64,000 nt of DNA from Alphaproteobacteria bacterium. Its GTDB lineage: Bacteria; Pseudomonadota; Alphaproteobacteria; GCA-2731375. The position numbers and the translations under genes were made by a program. The first letter of the stretch is position 1; every line of letters starts with the position of its first letter. Of the stretch, positions 18,138 through 27,661 are shown one piece after another. The stretch spans positions 4,960,001-5,024,000 of the forward strand of contig CBDDPY010000002.1 of assembly GCA_965232515.1 (NCBI GenBank), read 5' to 3'. The notes beneath the pieces are model-generated. The model searched no databases, was not told the DNA's origin, and saw only the letters and a program-made list of their open reading frames with translations.

Positions 18138-19490
18138 TCAGCTCAGGGTTTTCTCCCAGAATGCCTGCGCGTCGCCCATCGCCTGCTCGACCGACTTCTC
18201 GCCGGCCAGCATCAGGCCAAGCTCGTCGGTCAACGCCTGCATCAGCTTTGGCGTCTCGGGCTTCGTCGGCCAGGGGAAGGCGTCCGCGATGGCTTCCTCG
18301 ACCACCTCGCCCTGCCGCGGCGCGAAGGCCTTGTAGGCCGGGATCGCCGATTTGCGGATCGGATCGACGCCGGTCTTGTTGTTGGTCAGGACGGCGACAT
18401 GCGTCTCCTTGGACGAGGCCATCTTGACGAACTCCCAGGCCATGTCCTGGTTGCTTGAGCCGGTCGAGACCGCGAAGCCGAAGCCGGCGTTCATGGCCGG
18501 GCGGTGGACGTTGTTGCCGCCGCCGACCGGCATCGGCACCGCGCCCCATTTGCCGACGATCTTGCTCTGCTCGGGATCTTCCGCCCAGGTGCCCATGTCG
18601 GTCCAGAACTCGATCATGCCGGCCTGGCCGCCCAAGAACACCGGGATCGAATTGCCGAACTCGGTCTCCAGCGGTGTCGGCGTGGCGTGCGGCGCGGCAT
18701 CCAGCATGGTCTTGGCCGCGGCGATCGCGGCAGCGCTGGTCAGCGCCGGCTTGCCGTTGGCATCCAGGAAATCGCCACCGAATCCGCCCAGGCGGTTGGC
18801 GTAGCTGGAGCAGAGGATGATCGGGATCTGCTTGGCCATGATCAGGGCGCCGTAGATGCCGTTGGCCTTCTCCGCGTCGGTGATCGCGGCGGTGACGGCG
18901 GCGTATTCATCCCATGTCCGGGGTGGCTTCTGGCCGTTACGTTCGAGGATCTCCGAATTGTAGAACAGCACATGCGTGTCGCCGTCATAGGGCAGGCCGT
19001 AGCGCCTGCCGTTGACCAGCGTGTAGGCGTCATAGAGCGCGCCCAGGAAGTCGTCCGGGTCGATGACGTCCTTTTCCGCCTCGATGCGGTCGGTGATGTC
19101 GGCGACGACCCCGTCGCGCACCAGCGCCTCCTTGTCGGCGTACCAGTATTCGAACACGTCGAACTGATTCGTCCCCGACATGACGTCCAGCGTCGCCTGC
19201 GCGGTGATCTGGTCGTAGGGAACCTTGACCGCCTCGACCGTGGCCCCGGTCAGTTCCGCGAACGCCGCCGACAGCGGTTCGATCGAGCCGGCGTGCGGAT
19301 TGATCATCATGAACTTCAGGGTCTGGCCGGAGAAATCGGCGGCGCGCGCCAGCTTCACAAGCGCCGGATGCGCCAGAAGCGGCCCGGCGAGCGCGGCCGA
19401 CAGGGCGCCCCTAGTGAAACGCCGTCGGGTGATGCCCGTGGCGGTGATCTCGTCGTTCTTCGCGAGATCGGAATCCTTGATTTTGCTCAT
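18138..19490 (-). CDS. Sugar ABC transporter substrate-binding protein, Tat-exported
   Basis: Twin-arginine ITRRRFTR signal; YGLPYDGD..LFYN..PPRTWDE (SBP family 1). Confidence 0.88.
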   Translation of the reverse strand: MSKIKDSDLAKNDEITATGITRRRFTRGALSAALAGPLLAHPALVKLARAADFSGQTLKFMMINPHAGSIEPLSAAFAELTGATVEAVKVPYDQITAQATLDVMSGTNQFDVFEYWYADKEALVRDGVVADITDRIEAEKDVIDPDDFLGALYDAYTLVNGRRYGLPYDGDTHVLFYNSEILERNGQKPPRTWDEYAAVTAAITDAEKANGIYGALIMAKQIPIILCSSYANRLGGFGGDFLDANGKPALTSAAAIAAAKTMLDAAPHATPTPLETEFGNSIPVFLGGQAGMIEFWTDMGTWAEDPEQSKIVGKWGAVPMPVGGGNNVHRPAMNAGFGFAVSTGSSNQDMAWEFVKMASSKETHVAVLTNNKTGVDPIRKSAIPAYKAFAPRQGEVVEEAIADAFPWPTKPETPKLMQALTDELGLMLAGEKSVEQAMGDAQAFWEKTLS

Positions 19491-19636
19491 TTCGTTATCC
19501 TCCCTTTGCAAGTCCGTTGCGAGCCGCTTGCCGAAAGGCCGTCAACATACGCACACGCGTCAACGCGGCGCTTCCGGCAAACAGCTGACTTGAATTGACC
19601 TGTTCTTCCCCTTCGTTAGTGGTTGGAGTGCCGCCG

Positions 19637-20359
19637 TCAGCCGGCGTTTTCCGTATCCTCGATGCCGGGACGTGGCAGGCTGGCGCCCGCGTCCGTCATG
19701 TGCTGGCGCATTGCCGCCGCCGCCGCCGGCCCATCGTGCGCGGCAATCGCGTCGGCGACGCGCTTGTGCCCGGCATGGGCAAGGCGGATGTGCGCCTTGT
19801 CCTTCAGGGTCAGCTTGCGCAGGTCGTGCGTCGCCTCGAGGATCTCCTCGACGATCTGCTCGATCATGGCGTTTTGGGTGATGGACGCCAGTTCCAGATG
19901 AAAGTCGGCGTCGGTCCGGCCCGCGTCGTCGATGCCGACCCGTCTCAGCGATTCCGTGAGCGCGTTCAGCCGCCGGATATTGTCGTCCGTGGCTTTTTGC
20001 GCCGCCAGTTCGGCAACGCCGGGTTCGATCACCATGCGCAGCTCGATCAGCTTCTGCAGGCTGTCCACATGCGTGTCGAACCAGTCGCCGAGCCGTGCGA
20101 CGGAGCGCTCGCTTGCCGCCACGACGAACGTACCCAGCCCCGGCTTGACGTCCACATAGGACTGCACCTGAAGCTTGCGCAGCGCCTCGCGCACCGACAT
20201 GCGCGACACGCTGAACAGTTCGCACAGCTCGCGTTCGCTCGGCAGCCGTTGGCCTTCCGCCAACTCGCCGCTGTCGATCATGCCCTTGATCTGGTCGGCG
20301 ACCTGCATCCAGATCTTGGCCCGATCGATTGCCATGAAGCGCGGCGCATTTGCCGTCAT
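19637..20359 (-). CDS. GntR/FadR family transcriptional regulator
   Basis: GQRLPSERELCELFSVSRMSVREAL wHTH; FCD domain DADFHLELA..N. Confidence 0.92.
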   Translation of the reverse strand: MTANAPRFMAIDRAKIWMQVADQIKGMIDSGELAEGQRLPSERELCELFSVSRMSVREALRKLQVQSYVDVKPGLGTFVVAASERSVARLGDWFDTHVDSLQKLIELRMVIEPGVAELAAQKATDDNIRRLNALTESLRRVGIDDAGRTDADFHLELASITQNAMIEQIVEEILEATHDLRKLTLKDKAHIRLAHAGHKRVADAIAAHDGPAAAAAMRQHMTDAGASLPRPGIEDTENAG

Positions 20360-20409
20360 GTCATGCCCGCCTCGGTTTCGTCCGGCGATTGGCCATCCGC
20401 CCATCAAAC

Positions 20410-20435
20410 TGGTCAGTGGTCATACCACCAGACCA
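20410..20435. promoter_or_regulatory. FadR-subfamily operator-like palindrome upstream of the GntR operon
   Basis: TGGTCAGTGGTCATACCACCAGACCA: nested TGGT-N3-ACCA core like PdhR/LldR sites. Confidence 0.65.
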
Positions 20436-20520
20436 CAATGCTAACAGCCTGCCCAACACGGTCAAGCAGCATCGGGCCGCGGTGCTTGCTGAGGAGATCG
20501 CCGGTAACGCGCAATCGCTC

Positions 20521-20605
20521 GTCATGCTGGCGAAGGCCAGCATCCAGCAACATCTCAAGTGATTGAGAGACAAGACATATGGATCCTGGCCTTCGCCAGG
20601 ATGAC
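20521..20605. repeat. REP/REPIN-like palindromic element, copy 1
   Basis: GTCATGCTGGCGAAGGCCAGCATCCA..spacer..TGGATCCTGGCCTTCGCCAGGATGAC; second copy at 43961. Confidence 0.8.
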
Positions 20606-20618
20606 GGTGTCGCGGATG

Positions 20619-21281
20619 TTAGTCCGCGTCCGCGAGTGCCTTCAGATGCTCCGGCTCTTTCAGCTCGATGCGGCCGCGGGCCCGGTCGAGCCAGCCCCGG
20701 CGTTCCAGCTCCTTGAGCTGCCGGCCGACCACCTCACGCGCGGTGCCGAGCTCGGTGGCGAGATCCTGGTGCGTGGCGCAGACCGCGCCGTCCGGTCCGG
20801 CCAGATCCAACAGGCGCTGTGCCAGCCGCTTGTCCAGCCGCTCGAAGGCGACTTCCTCGACCACGTGCATCAGGTCCGAGATCCGGTGCGAATAGTCGGC
20901 GAACACCAGCCGCCGGAAGCCGGGCGAGCGCGCGATCGCTTCCTCGAACGCGGCTTTCGGCAACGCCACCGCGTCCACGTCGGTCTCGGCGACGCCTTCG
21001 GCCGAAACGGCCTCGCCCGACAACAGGCAGGCCGTCGTCATGATGCAGGTTTCGCCGCCCGTGACCCGGTAGAGCACGATCTCGCGGCCGTTCGGCGAGA
21101 CCTGCTGCACCCGCACGGTGCCGTCCAGCACCAGAATGAAGCTCTCGGCCTCGACGCCGGGCGCGAAGATCGTCGTGCCCGCCGGCAACGACACCTGCAT
21201 GGCGCGCGCGCTCAACAGCCGCCGGTCTTCCGCCGGCAGGGCCGCGAGGTCGGGAAACTGCTCGAGCCAGCTCTCGTTCAT
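20619..21281 (-). CDS. Crp/Fnr family transcriptional regulator
   Basis: cNMP-fold GREIVLYRV..GETC; HTH THQDLATELGTAREVVGRQLK. Confidence 0.9.
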   Translation of the reverse strand: MNESWLEQFPDLAALPAEDRRLLSARAMQVSLPAGTTIFAPGVEAESFILVLDGTVRVQQVSPNGREIVLYRVTGGETCIMTTACLLSGEAVSAEGVAETDVDAVALPKAAFEEAIARSPGFRRLVFADYSHRISDLMHVVEEVAFERLDKRLAQRLLDLAGPDGAVCATHQDLATELGTAREVVGRQLKELERRGWLDRARGRIELKEPEHLKALADAD

Positions 21282-21323
21282 GGATGTGCTTTCGTCGCCG
21301 CCGCCGCGCGGGTTCACGAAAAC

Positions 21324-21336
21324 GTGACTAAGTCAC
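21324..21336. promoter_or_regulatory. Crp/Fnr-like palindrome between the regulator and pdo
   Basis: GTGACTAAGTCAC in the divergent intergenic region. Confidence 0.6.
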
Positions 21337-21417
21337 AGACACAACCTTAGCGCAAGTGCAGGCTGCTCCCAACGTCAACAGGCGTCGCGCACGACCGCGA
21401 CGGTGGGAGGGTAATGC

Positions 21418-22278
21418 ATGAAACCGACTGTCAAGACGTTCTTCGACGAAGCGACATACACGGCGACGCATGTGATCTCGGACCCCGAGACCCGTCACGC
21501 GGCCATCGTCGACAGCGTCAAGGACTACGACCCGAAATCCGGCCGCACGTCGACCGCGTCCGCCGACGCCGTCATCGCCTATGTGCAGGAACAGGATCTT
21601 ACCGTCGACTGGATCCTGGAGACCCATGTGCACGCCGATCATCTGACCGCAGCACCGTATCTCAAGGAAAAGCTGGGCGGCAGCATCGGCATCGGCGCGC
21701 GCATCGACGTGGTCCAGGGCGTGTTCAAGAAGGTGTTCAACGCCGAAGACGAGTTCGCCACTGACGGCCGCCAGTTCGATCAACTGTTCGCCGACAACGA
21801 GATCTTCCATATCGGCGAGCTGGAAGCGACCGTGATCCACACGCCGGGCCACACGCCGGCCTGCGCGACCTACGTGGTCGGCGACGCCGCCTTTGTCGGC
21901 GACACCTTGTTCATGCCCGACTTCGGCACCGCCCGTTGCGACTTTCCGGGCGGCGACGCGCGCCAGCTCTACCAATCCATTCAGCGCATCCTGTCGCTGC
22001 CGCCGGACACCCGGCTGTTCATGTGCCACGACTACGCGCCCGGCGACCGGGGTTACGAGTGGGAGACCACCGTCGCCGCCGAATGGGCCGACAACATCCA
22101 CGTCCGCGACGGCGTCTCCGAAGACGATTTCGTCGCCATGCGCACCGACCGCGACAAACAACTCGATATGCCGGTCCTGATCCTGCCGTCGGTGCAGGTG
22201 AACATGCGCGCCGGCGCGATGCCGCCGGCAGAGGACAACGGCGTCCACTATCTGAAGATCCCGGTCGACGCGCTCTGA
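21418..22278 (+). CDS. pdo: Persulfide dioxygenase (ETHE1/Blh-type metallo-beta-lactamase fold)
   Basis: LETHVHADH, TPGHT, GDTLFMPDFGTARCDFPGG, MCHDY, LILPSVQVNMRAG. Confidence 0.9.
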   Translation: MKPTVKTFFDEATYTATHVISDPETRHAAIVDSVKDYDPKSGRTSTASADAVIAYVQEQDLTVDWILETHVHADHLTAAPYLKEKLGGSIGIGARIDVVQGVFKKVFNAEDEFATDGRQFDQLFADNEIFHIGELEATVIHTPGHTPACATYVVGDAAFVGDTLFMPDFGTARCDFPGGDARQLYQSIQRILSLPPDTRLFMCHDYAPGDRGYEWETTVAAEWADNIHVRDGVSEDDFVAMRTDRDKQLDMPVLILPSVQVNMRAGAMPPAEDNGVHYLKIPVDAL

Positions 22279-22304
22279 CGCGACCGCACAGGAGAACCGC
22301 ATCC

Positions 22305-23986
22305 ATGTCCATCAACAAGGTCGACGCCGAGATCAGCGTCGCCCCGCAGATCACGACGGCCGACGTCCAGGCGATCGCGGCTGCGGTTACAAGACCATCA
22401 TCTGCAACCGCCCCGACGGCGAGGGCAACGATCAGCCGCTGTTCCACGAGATCGAGGAGGCGGCAAACCAGGCCGGGATCGAGTCGCATTACCTGCCGGT
22501 GGTCAGCGGCAAGGTCACCGACGAGGACGCCGCCGCCTTCGGCCAACTGCTCGACGCCGCGCCGAAACCTGTGTTGGCCTATTGCCGCAGCGGCACCCGC
22601 TCGATCACGCTCTGGTCGCTCAGCCGCGCCGGCCGCATGGCGCTGCCCGACATCCTGGCCAAGGCCAAGGGCGCGGGCTACGACATGCACGGCGTTGTCC
22701 GCCGCATCGCCAACAACGGCCGCACCCCGTCGGACGCCGTCGATGCCAAGTTCGAGGTGGTGATCGTCGGCGCCGGCTCGGCCGGCATATCCGTTGCCGC
22801 CTCGCTGCTCGCCCGGGCGCCGGAACTGAACGTCGCCGTCATCGATCCGGCCGACATCCACTACTACCAGCCCGGCTGGACGCTCGTCGGCGGCGGCATG
22901 TTCGCGGCCAACGACACCGTGCGCACGCTGTCCTCGGTGCTGCCCGAGAAGGTGCATTGGATCAAGGCCGCCGTCGCCGCCTTCGAGCCGGAACGCAACG
23001 CCGTGCTGCTGGAAGGCTGCCGACTGATCGAATACGACCGCCTCGTGGTCTGCCCGGGCCTGAAGCTCGACTGGCACAAGGTCGACGGCCTGGTCGATAC
23101 GCTGGGCAAGAACGGCGTCACCTCGAACTACCGTTTCGACCTCGCGCCCTATACCTGGGAGCTGGTCCGCGGCCTGAAGCAGGGCGCGGCTTTGTTCACC
23201 CAGCCGCCAATGCCAATCAAGTGCGCCGGCGCGCCCCAGAAGGCCATGTATCTCTCGGCCGACTACTGGTGGCGCGAGGGCTGGCTGCAGAATATGGACA
23301 TCGCCTTCCACAATGCCGGCGGCGTGCTGTTCGGCGTCAAGGATTATGTCCCGGCGCTAATGAAATACGTCGAGAAGTACCACGCCGACCTCCGCTTCAA
23401 CGAGAACCTGGTGGCGATCGACGGACCGGCGCGCACGGCATATTTCGACAAGACTGACGGCGACGGCAACGTCGAGCGGGTCGAACGCGAGTTCGACATG
23501 ATCCATGTCTGCCCGCCGCAATGCGCGCCCGACTTCATCCGGGTCAGTCCGCTCGCCGACGAGGCCGGCTGGGTCGACGTCGATCAGAACACGCTCCGGC
23601 ACAAGACGTATGAGAACGTCTGGAGCCTCGGCGACGTCATGAACGCGCCCAACGCCAAGACCGCCGCGGCGGCGCGCAAGCAGGCCCCGGTGGTGGCGCA
23701 GAACCTGCTCGCCGATCTCGGCAAGGCGTCCGGCGTCGCGCACTACGACGGCTACGGCTCCTGCCCGCTGACGGTGGAGAGCGGCAAGATCGTGCTGGCC
23801 GAGTTCGGCTATGGCGGCAAGCTGCTGCCCAGCTTCCCGCGCTGGCTGATCGACGGCCGCAAGCCCAGCCGGCTCGCCTGGATGCTCAAGGCCAAGGTCC
23901 TGCCGCCGGTCTACTGGAAAGCCATGCTGCGCGGCCGCGAATGGCTGGCCAAACCCAACCTGGTCCGGCCCGAGGTCGTCAACTGA
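22305..23986 (+). CDS. sqr: DUF442/TIGR01244 sulfurtransferase fused to sulfide:quinone oxidoreductase; apparent 1-nt frameshift at about 22385
   Basis: ATG 22305 after GGAG gives MSINKVDAEISVAPQI..; the shifted frame continues GYKTIICNRPDGE..YCRSGTRS, GAGSAG, YYQPGWTLVGGG, IKCAGAPQK, YDGYGSCPL. Confidence 0.88.
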
Positions 23987-24000
23987 GCGTCTTGCCGCCC

Positions 24001-24125
24001 GCCCTCACCCCAACCCTCTCCCGCAAGCGGGAGAGGGGGCCGCTGTCGCTGCGGTTTGTTGGCCCCTCTCCCGCTTGCGGGAGAGGGAGGGACCCGCGAG
24101 CGTCAGCTCGTGGGAGGGTGAGGGC
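24001..24125. repeat. REP-like composite palindromic repeat (CCCTCTCCC..GGGAGAGGG type)
   Basis: GCCCTCACCC..CCCTCTCCCGCAAGCGGGAGAGGG..CCCTCTCCCGCTTGCGGGAGAGGG..GGGTGAGGGC. Confidence 0.8.
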
Positions 24126-25892
24126 ATGATCGACCGGCTGTTGCCGTGCGTCGGCTGGCTGCGCCGCTACGACGCCGAAGCGTTTCGCGGCGACGCGCTG
24201 GCCGCCGTGATCGTCACCATCATGCTGATCCCGCAGAGCCTGGCCTATGCCTTGCTCGCCGGCTTGCCGCCGCAGGTCGGTCTGTACGCCAGCATGCTGC
24301 CGCTCCTCGGCTATGCGCTGTTCGGTTCCTCGAACGCGCTGGCCGTCGGGCCGGTGGCGGTGGTTTCGCTGATGACCGCGGCGGCATTGGGCGAGATCGC
24401 CGCCGCCGGATCGCCGGAATATGTCGGTGCGGCACTGGTCCTGGCGCTGCTGTCGGGCCTGTTCCTGATCGCGCTCGGGCTGCTGCGGCTCGGCTTTCTC
24501 GCCAGCCTGCTCAGCCATCCCGTGATCTCCGGCTTCATCACCGCGTCCGGCATCCTGATCGCCGCCAGCCAGCTCAAGCACATTCTCGGCATCGATGCCG
24601 GCGGCCACACGCTGGTCGATCTCGGCCAGTCGCTGGCCGGCGGTATCGGCGCCACCAACCTGCCGACCTTGGCGATCGGTGTCGCCGCCACCCTGTTCCT
24701 GTTCTGGGTGCGCGGCCAGCTCAAGCCGCTGCTGATGCGTCTCGGCCTCAGCCCGCGCCTCGCCGACAGCGCGGCGAAGGCCGGTCCGGTCGCGGCCGTG
24801 TTGGCGACGATCCTGGCGGTCGATCTGCTGGCGCTCGACGCGGCCGGCGTGCAGGTCGTCGGCGCCATCCCGCAGGGCCTGCCGCCCGTCGCCCTGCCGC
24901 CGCTCGACGTCGATCTCTGGCGCGCGCTGATCCCGTCTGCGGTGCTGATTTCCGTCGTCGGCTTCGTCGAATCCGTTTCCGTCGCCCAGACGCTGGCGGC
25001 GAAGCGGCGCGAACGCATTCAGCCCGATCGCGAGCTGCTCGGTCTCGGCGCCGCCAACATCGCCGCCGGCTTCGGCGGCGGCTATCCGGTCACCGGCGGC
25101 TTCGCCCGCTCGGTCGTCAACTTCGACGCCGGTGCCCGCACGCCGCTCGCGGGCGTGCTGACGGCGGTCGCCATCGGCCTCACGGCACTCCTGCTGACGC
25201 CGCTGTTCCACCAGCTGCCGAAGGCGACGCTCGCCGCGACCATCGTCGTCGCCGTGCTGTCGCTGGTCGACCTCGGCGCCCTGAAACGCACCTGGATCTA
25301 TTCCAAGACCGACTTCGCCGCCATGGCCGCGACTATCGTCGTCGTGCTGGCGGCCGGCGTCGAGGCCGGGATCGTCGCCGGCGTCGGCCTCTCGGTGGTC
25401 CTGTTCCTGGCCCGCTCCGCCCGGCCGCACATGGCCATCGTCGGCCAGGTGCCGGGCACCCAGCATTTCCGTAACGTCAAGCGCCACGACGTCGTCGTCA
25501 GTCCCTCGGTCCTGAGCGTCCGCGTCGACGAGAGCCTGTATTTCGCCAATTCCCGCTGGCTCGAGGACCGGGTCTACGACATGGCCGTCGCCGATCCGGA
25601 CATCCGCCACGTCGTGCTGATCTGCTCGGCCGTCAACGAGATCGACGCCAGCGCGCTCGAAAGCCTGGAAGCGCTGATCGACCGCCTGCGCGTCGCCGGT
25701 ATCGCCTTCCACCTGTCGGAAGTGAAGGGCCCCGTCACCGACAAGCTCCGCCGCTCCGATTTCTTCGAGCATCTCAGCGGCCGGATCTACCTGAGCCAGT
25801 ACGACGCGCTCGCGGACCTCGACCCCGACACCACGCGCGTCGCCGACACCGGTTGCCGCCCGGCCCGGTCGGCCGCGACCATGGCGCTGTAA
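24126..25892 (+). CDS. SulP/SLC26 anion permease with STAS domain
   Basis: IPQSLAYALLAGLPPQVGLYAS, GPVAVVSL, YPVTGGFARS, STAS VDESLYFAN..VNEIDASAL. Confidence 0.92.
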   Translation: MIDRLLPCVGWLRRYDAEAFRGDALAAVIVTIMLIPQSLAYALLAGLPPQVGLYASMLPLLGYALFGSSNALAVGPVAVVSLMTAAALGEIAAAGSPEYVGAALVLALLSGLFLIALGLLRLGFLASLLSHPVISGFITASGILIAASQLKHILGIDAGGHTLVDLGQSLAGGIGATNLPTLAIGVAATLFLFWVRGQLKPLLMRLGLSPRLADSAAKAGPVAAVLATILAVDLLALDAAGVQVVGAIPQGLPPVALPPLDVDLWRALIPSAVLISVVGFVESVSVAQTLAAKRRERIQPDRELLGLGAANIAAGFGGGYPVTGGFARSVVNFDAGARTPLAGVLTAVAIGLTALLLTPLFHQLPKATLAATIVVAVLSLVDLGALKRTWIYSKTDFAAMAATIVVVLAAGVEAGIVAGVGLSVVLFLARSARPHMAIVGQVPGTQHFRNVKRHDVVVSPSVLSVRVDESLYFANSRWLEDRVYDMAVADPDIRHVVLICSAVNEIDASALESLEALIDRLRVAGIAFHLSEVKGPVTDKLRRSDFFEHLSGRIYLSQYDALADLDPDTTRVADTGCRPARSAATMAL

Positions 25893-25943
25893 GCCACGCG
25901 TCTGTCCCTTGTGAATGTCAGGCGTTTCGACTATCGGAGAGGC

Positions 25944-27050
25944 ATGCGCCGGATCCACTGCCTCGCTGTTCTTGTTGCCGCCGCGCTGCTCATCAGCGCC
26001 GGCCGCACGTCGTTCGCCGACGATTGGCCGCGCGCCGACCTCGCCGCGGCCGGCTTCGCATCCGATATCGGCGACAAGCTCGACGCCGGCGTGCGCGAGC
26101 GCCGGTTCCAAAACCTGCACGGCGTCGTCGTCGTGCGCGGCGGCAAGCTGGTGCTGGAGCGCTATTACGAAGGCGAGGACGAACGCTGGGGCCGGCCGCG
26201 CGGCCGCGTCGCCTTCGATGCCAACGAACTGCACGATCTGCGTTCGGTCAGCAAGAGCATCGTCAGTCTGCTCTATGGCATCGCGTGGGCCGAGGGCAAG
26301 TCGCCGCCGCTCGACGCTCCGCTGGTTGATCAGTTTCCGGAATTTCCGGAGCTCGCCGACGAGCTGATGCGCCGGCGCATGACCGTCGCCCACGCGCTCA
26401 CCATGATGCTGGGCACGGAATGGAACGAGCGCCTGCCCTATACCGATCCGCGCAACAGCGAGATCGCCATGGAGCGGGCCGACGACCGCTACCGGTTTGT
26501 GCTCGACCGGCCCATGGTGTCCGAGCCCGGCACGCAATGGGTCTATAACGGCGGCGCCACGGCCGTCATCGGCCGGTTGATCGCCAAGGGCAGCGGACGG
26601 AGCCTCCTTGCCTATGCCAAGACGAATCTGTTCGCCCCGCTCGGCATTACCGATGTTGACTGGGTGCGGGGCCGGGACGGCGAATACGCCGCCGCCTCGG
26701 GCCTGCGTCTGCGGCCGCGCGACCTCGCCAAGATCGGCCAGCTCGTCCTCAATGACGGCCGCTGGGGCGATGCGCAGATCGTGTCCGCCGACTGGCTCGA
26801 TCAATCCTTCCGAACGCGCGCCAGGCTCGAACGCATCAATTACGGCTACCAGTGGTGGCTGGGTCCGGAGGGACCGGACGGTCCGCGTTGGATCGCCGGT
26901 TTCGGCAACGGCGGCCAGCGGCTCTGGATCAACCCCGGCCTCGACCTGGTCGTGGTAGTCACGGCCGGAAACTACAACCAGCGCAACGCCTGGCGGCTCC
27001 CGGTCGCGATCATCACCGAAATCGTCCTGCCTGGCCTGCAGGCGCGCTAG
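25944..27050 (+). CDS. Secreted serine hydrolase, beta-lactamase class C-like family
   Basis: Signal peptide; LRSVSKS (SxxK), WVYNGG, YGYQWW, GNGGQ. Confidence 0.85.
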   Translation: MRRIHCLAVLVAAALLISAGRTSFADDWPRADLAAAGFASDIGDKLDAGVRERRFQNLHGVVVVRGGKLVLERYYEGEDERWGRPRGRVAFDANELHDLRSVSKSIVSLLYGIAWAEGKSPPLDAPLVDQFPEFPELADELMRRRMTVAHALTMMLGTEWNERLPYTDPRNSEIAMERADDRYRFVLDRPMVSEPGTQWVYNGGATAVIGRLIAKGSGRSLLAYAKTNLFAPLGITDVDWVRGRDGEYAAASGLRLRPRDLAKIGQLVLNDGRWGDAQIVSADWLDQSFRTRARLERINYGYQWWLGPEGPDGPRWIAGFGNGGQRLWINPGLDLVVVVTAGNYNQRNAWRLPVAIITEIVLPGLQAR

Positions 27051-27661
27051 TCGATCTCCGACTCGAACGCGTCGCCGATGCGCGACAGCACGTGCGGGAT
27101 CGCCTGATCCAATACGTCCTTCCGCAGGTCGAGCGTTTCCATGGCATGGCTCTGCAGGACGCTGGCGAGCCCGTGCAGTGCCGACCAGATGAACAGCGCG
27201 TCGAGTTCGACGCCTTTCTCGTCGCTGGGCTTGCGGCGGTCGGCCGGCAACTTGGCGATGCCGTCGCGCAACAGCGCGAAGGCGTGCCGCGCCTGGCGCA
27301 TCATCTCCGGATGCTCGGCGGGGTCCGGTAGCGGCGTGCCGAACATCAGCCGGTATTGCAGCGGATGGGTGAGCGCATAGGTCAGATAGCACTCGCCCAT
27401 GGCATGCAAGTCGCCGTGCGCATCGCCCGGCTTCTGCCGGGATTCCAGGTATTCGGCGAACGCCGTATAGGCCCGGCCGACGATCTCGGCCAGGATATGG
27501 TCGCGGCTGGGGAAATGCTTGTACGGCGCCTGGTGCGACACGCCGAGCCGGCGCGACACCTCGCGCAGGCTCAGGCTTTCGACCCCCGACGTCTCGACGA
27601 TCGCCAGGGCCTCGGCCACGCAGGCCTCGCGCAGGTCCTGGCTACGCCTCCGCGGCGCCAT
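27047..27661 (-). CDS. TetR/AcrR regulator (WHG-type C-terminus)
   Basis: LSLREVSRRLGVSHQAPYKHF; WSALHGLA. Confidence 0.9.
   Translation of the reverse strand: MAPRRRSQDLREACVAEALAIVETSGVESLSLREVSRRLGVSHQAPYKHFPSRDHILAEIVGRAYTAFAEYLESRQKPGDAHGDLHAMGECYLTYALTHPLQYRLMFGTPLPDPAEHPEMMRQARHAFALLRDGIAKLPADRRKPSDEKGVELDALFIWSALHGLASVLQSHAMETLDLRKDVLDQAIPHVLSRIGDAFESEID

Noticed and set aside
20521-24125. Palindromic repeats as a possible CRISPR array
   Set aside because: No regular repeat-spacer series and no cas genes.
25944-27050. Beta-lactam resistance gene
   Set aside because: It is a generic SxxK serine hydrolase of the esterase/amidase type and lacks the KTG motif of true AmpC enzymes.
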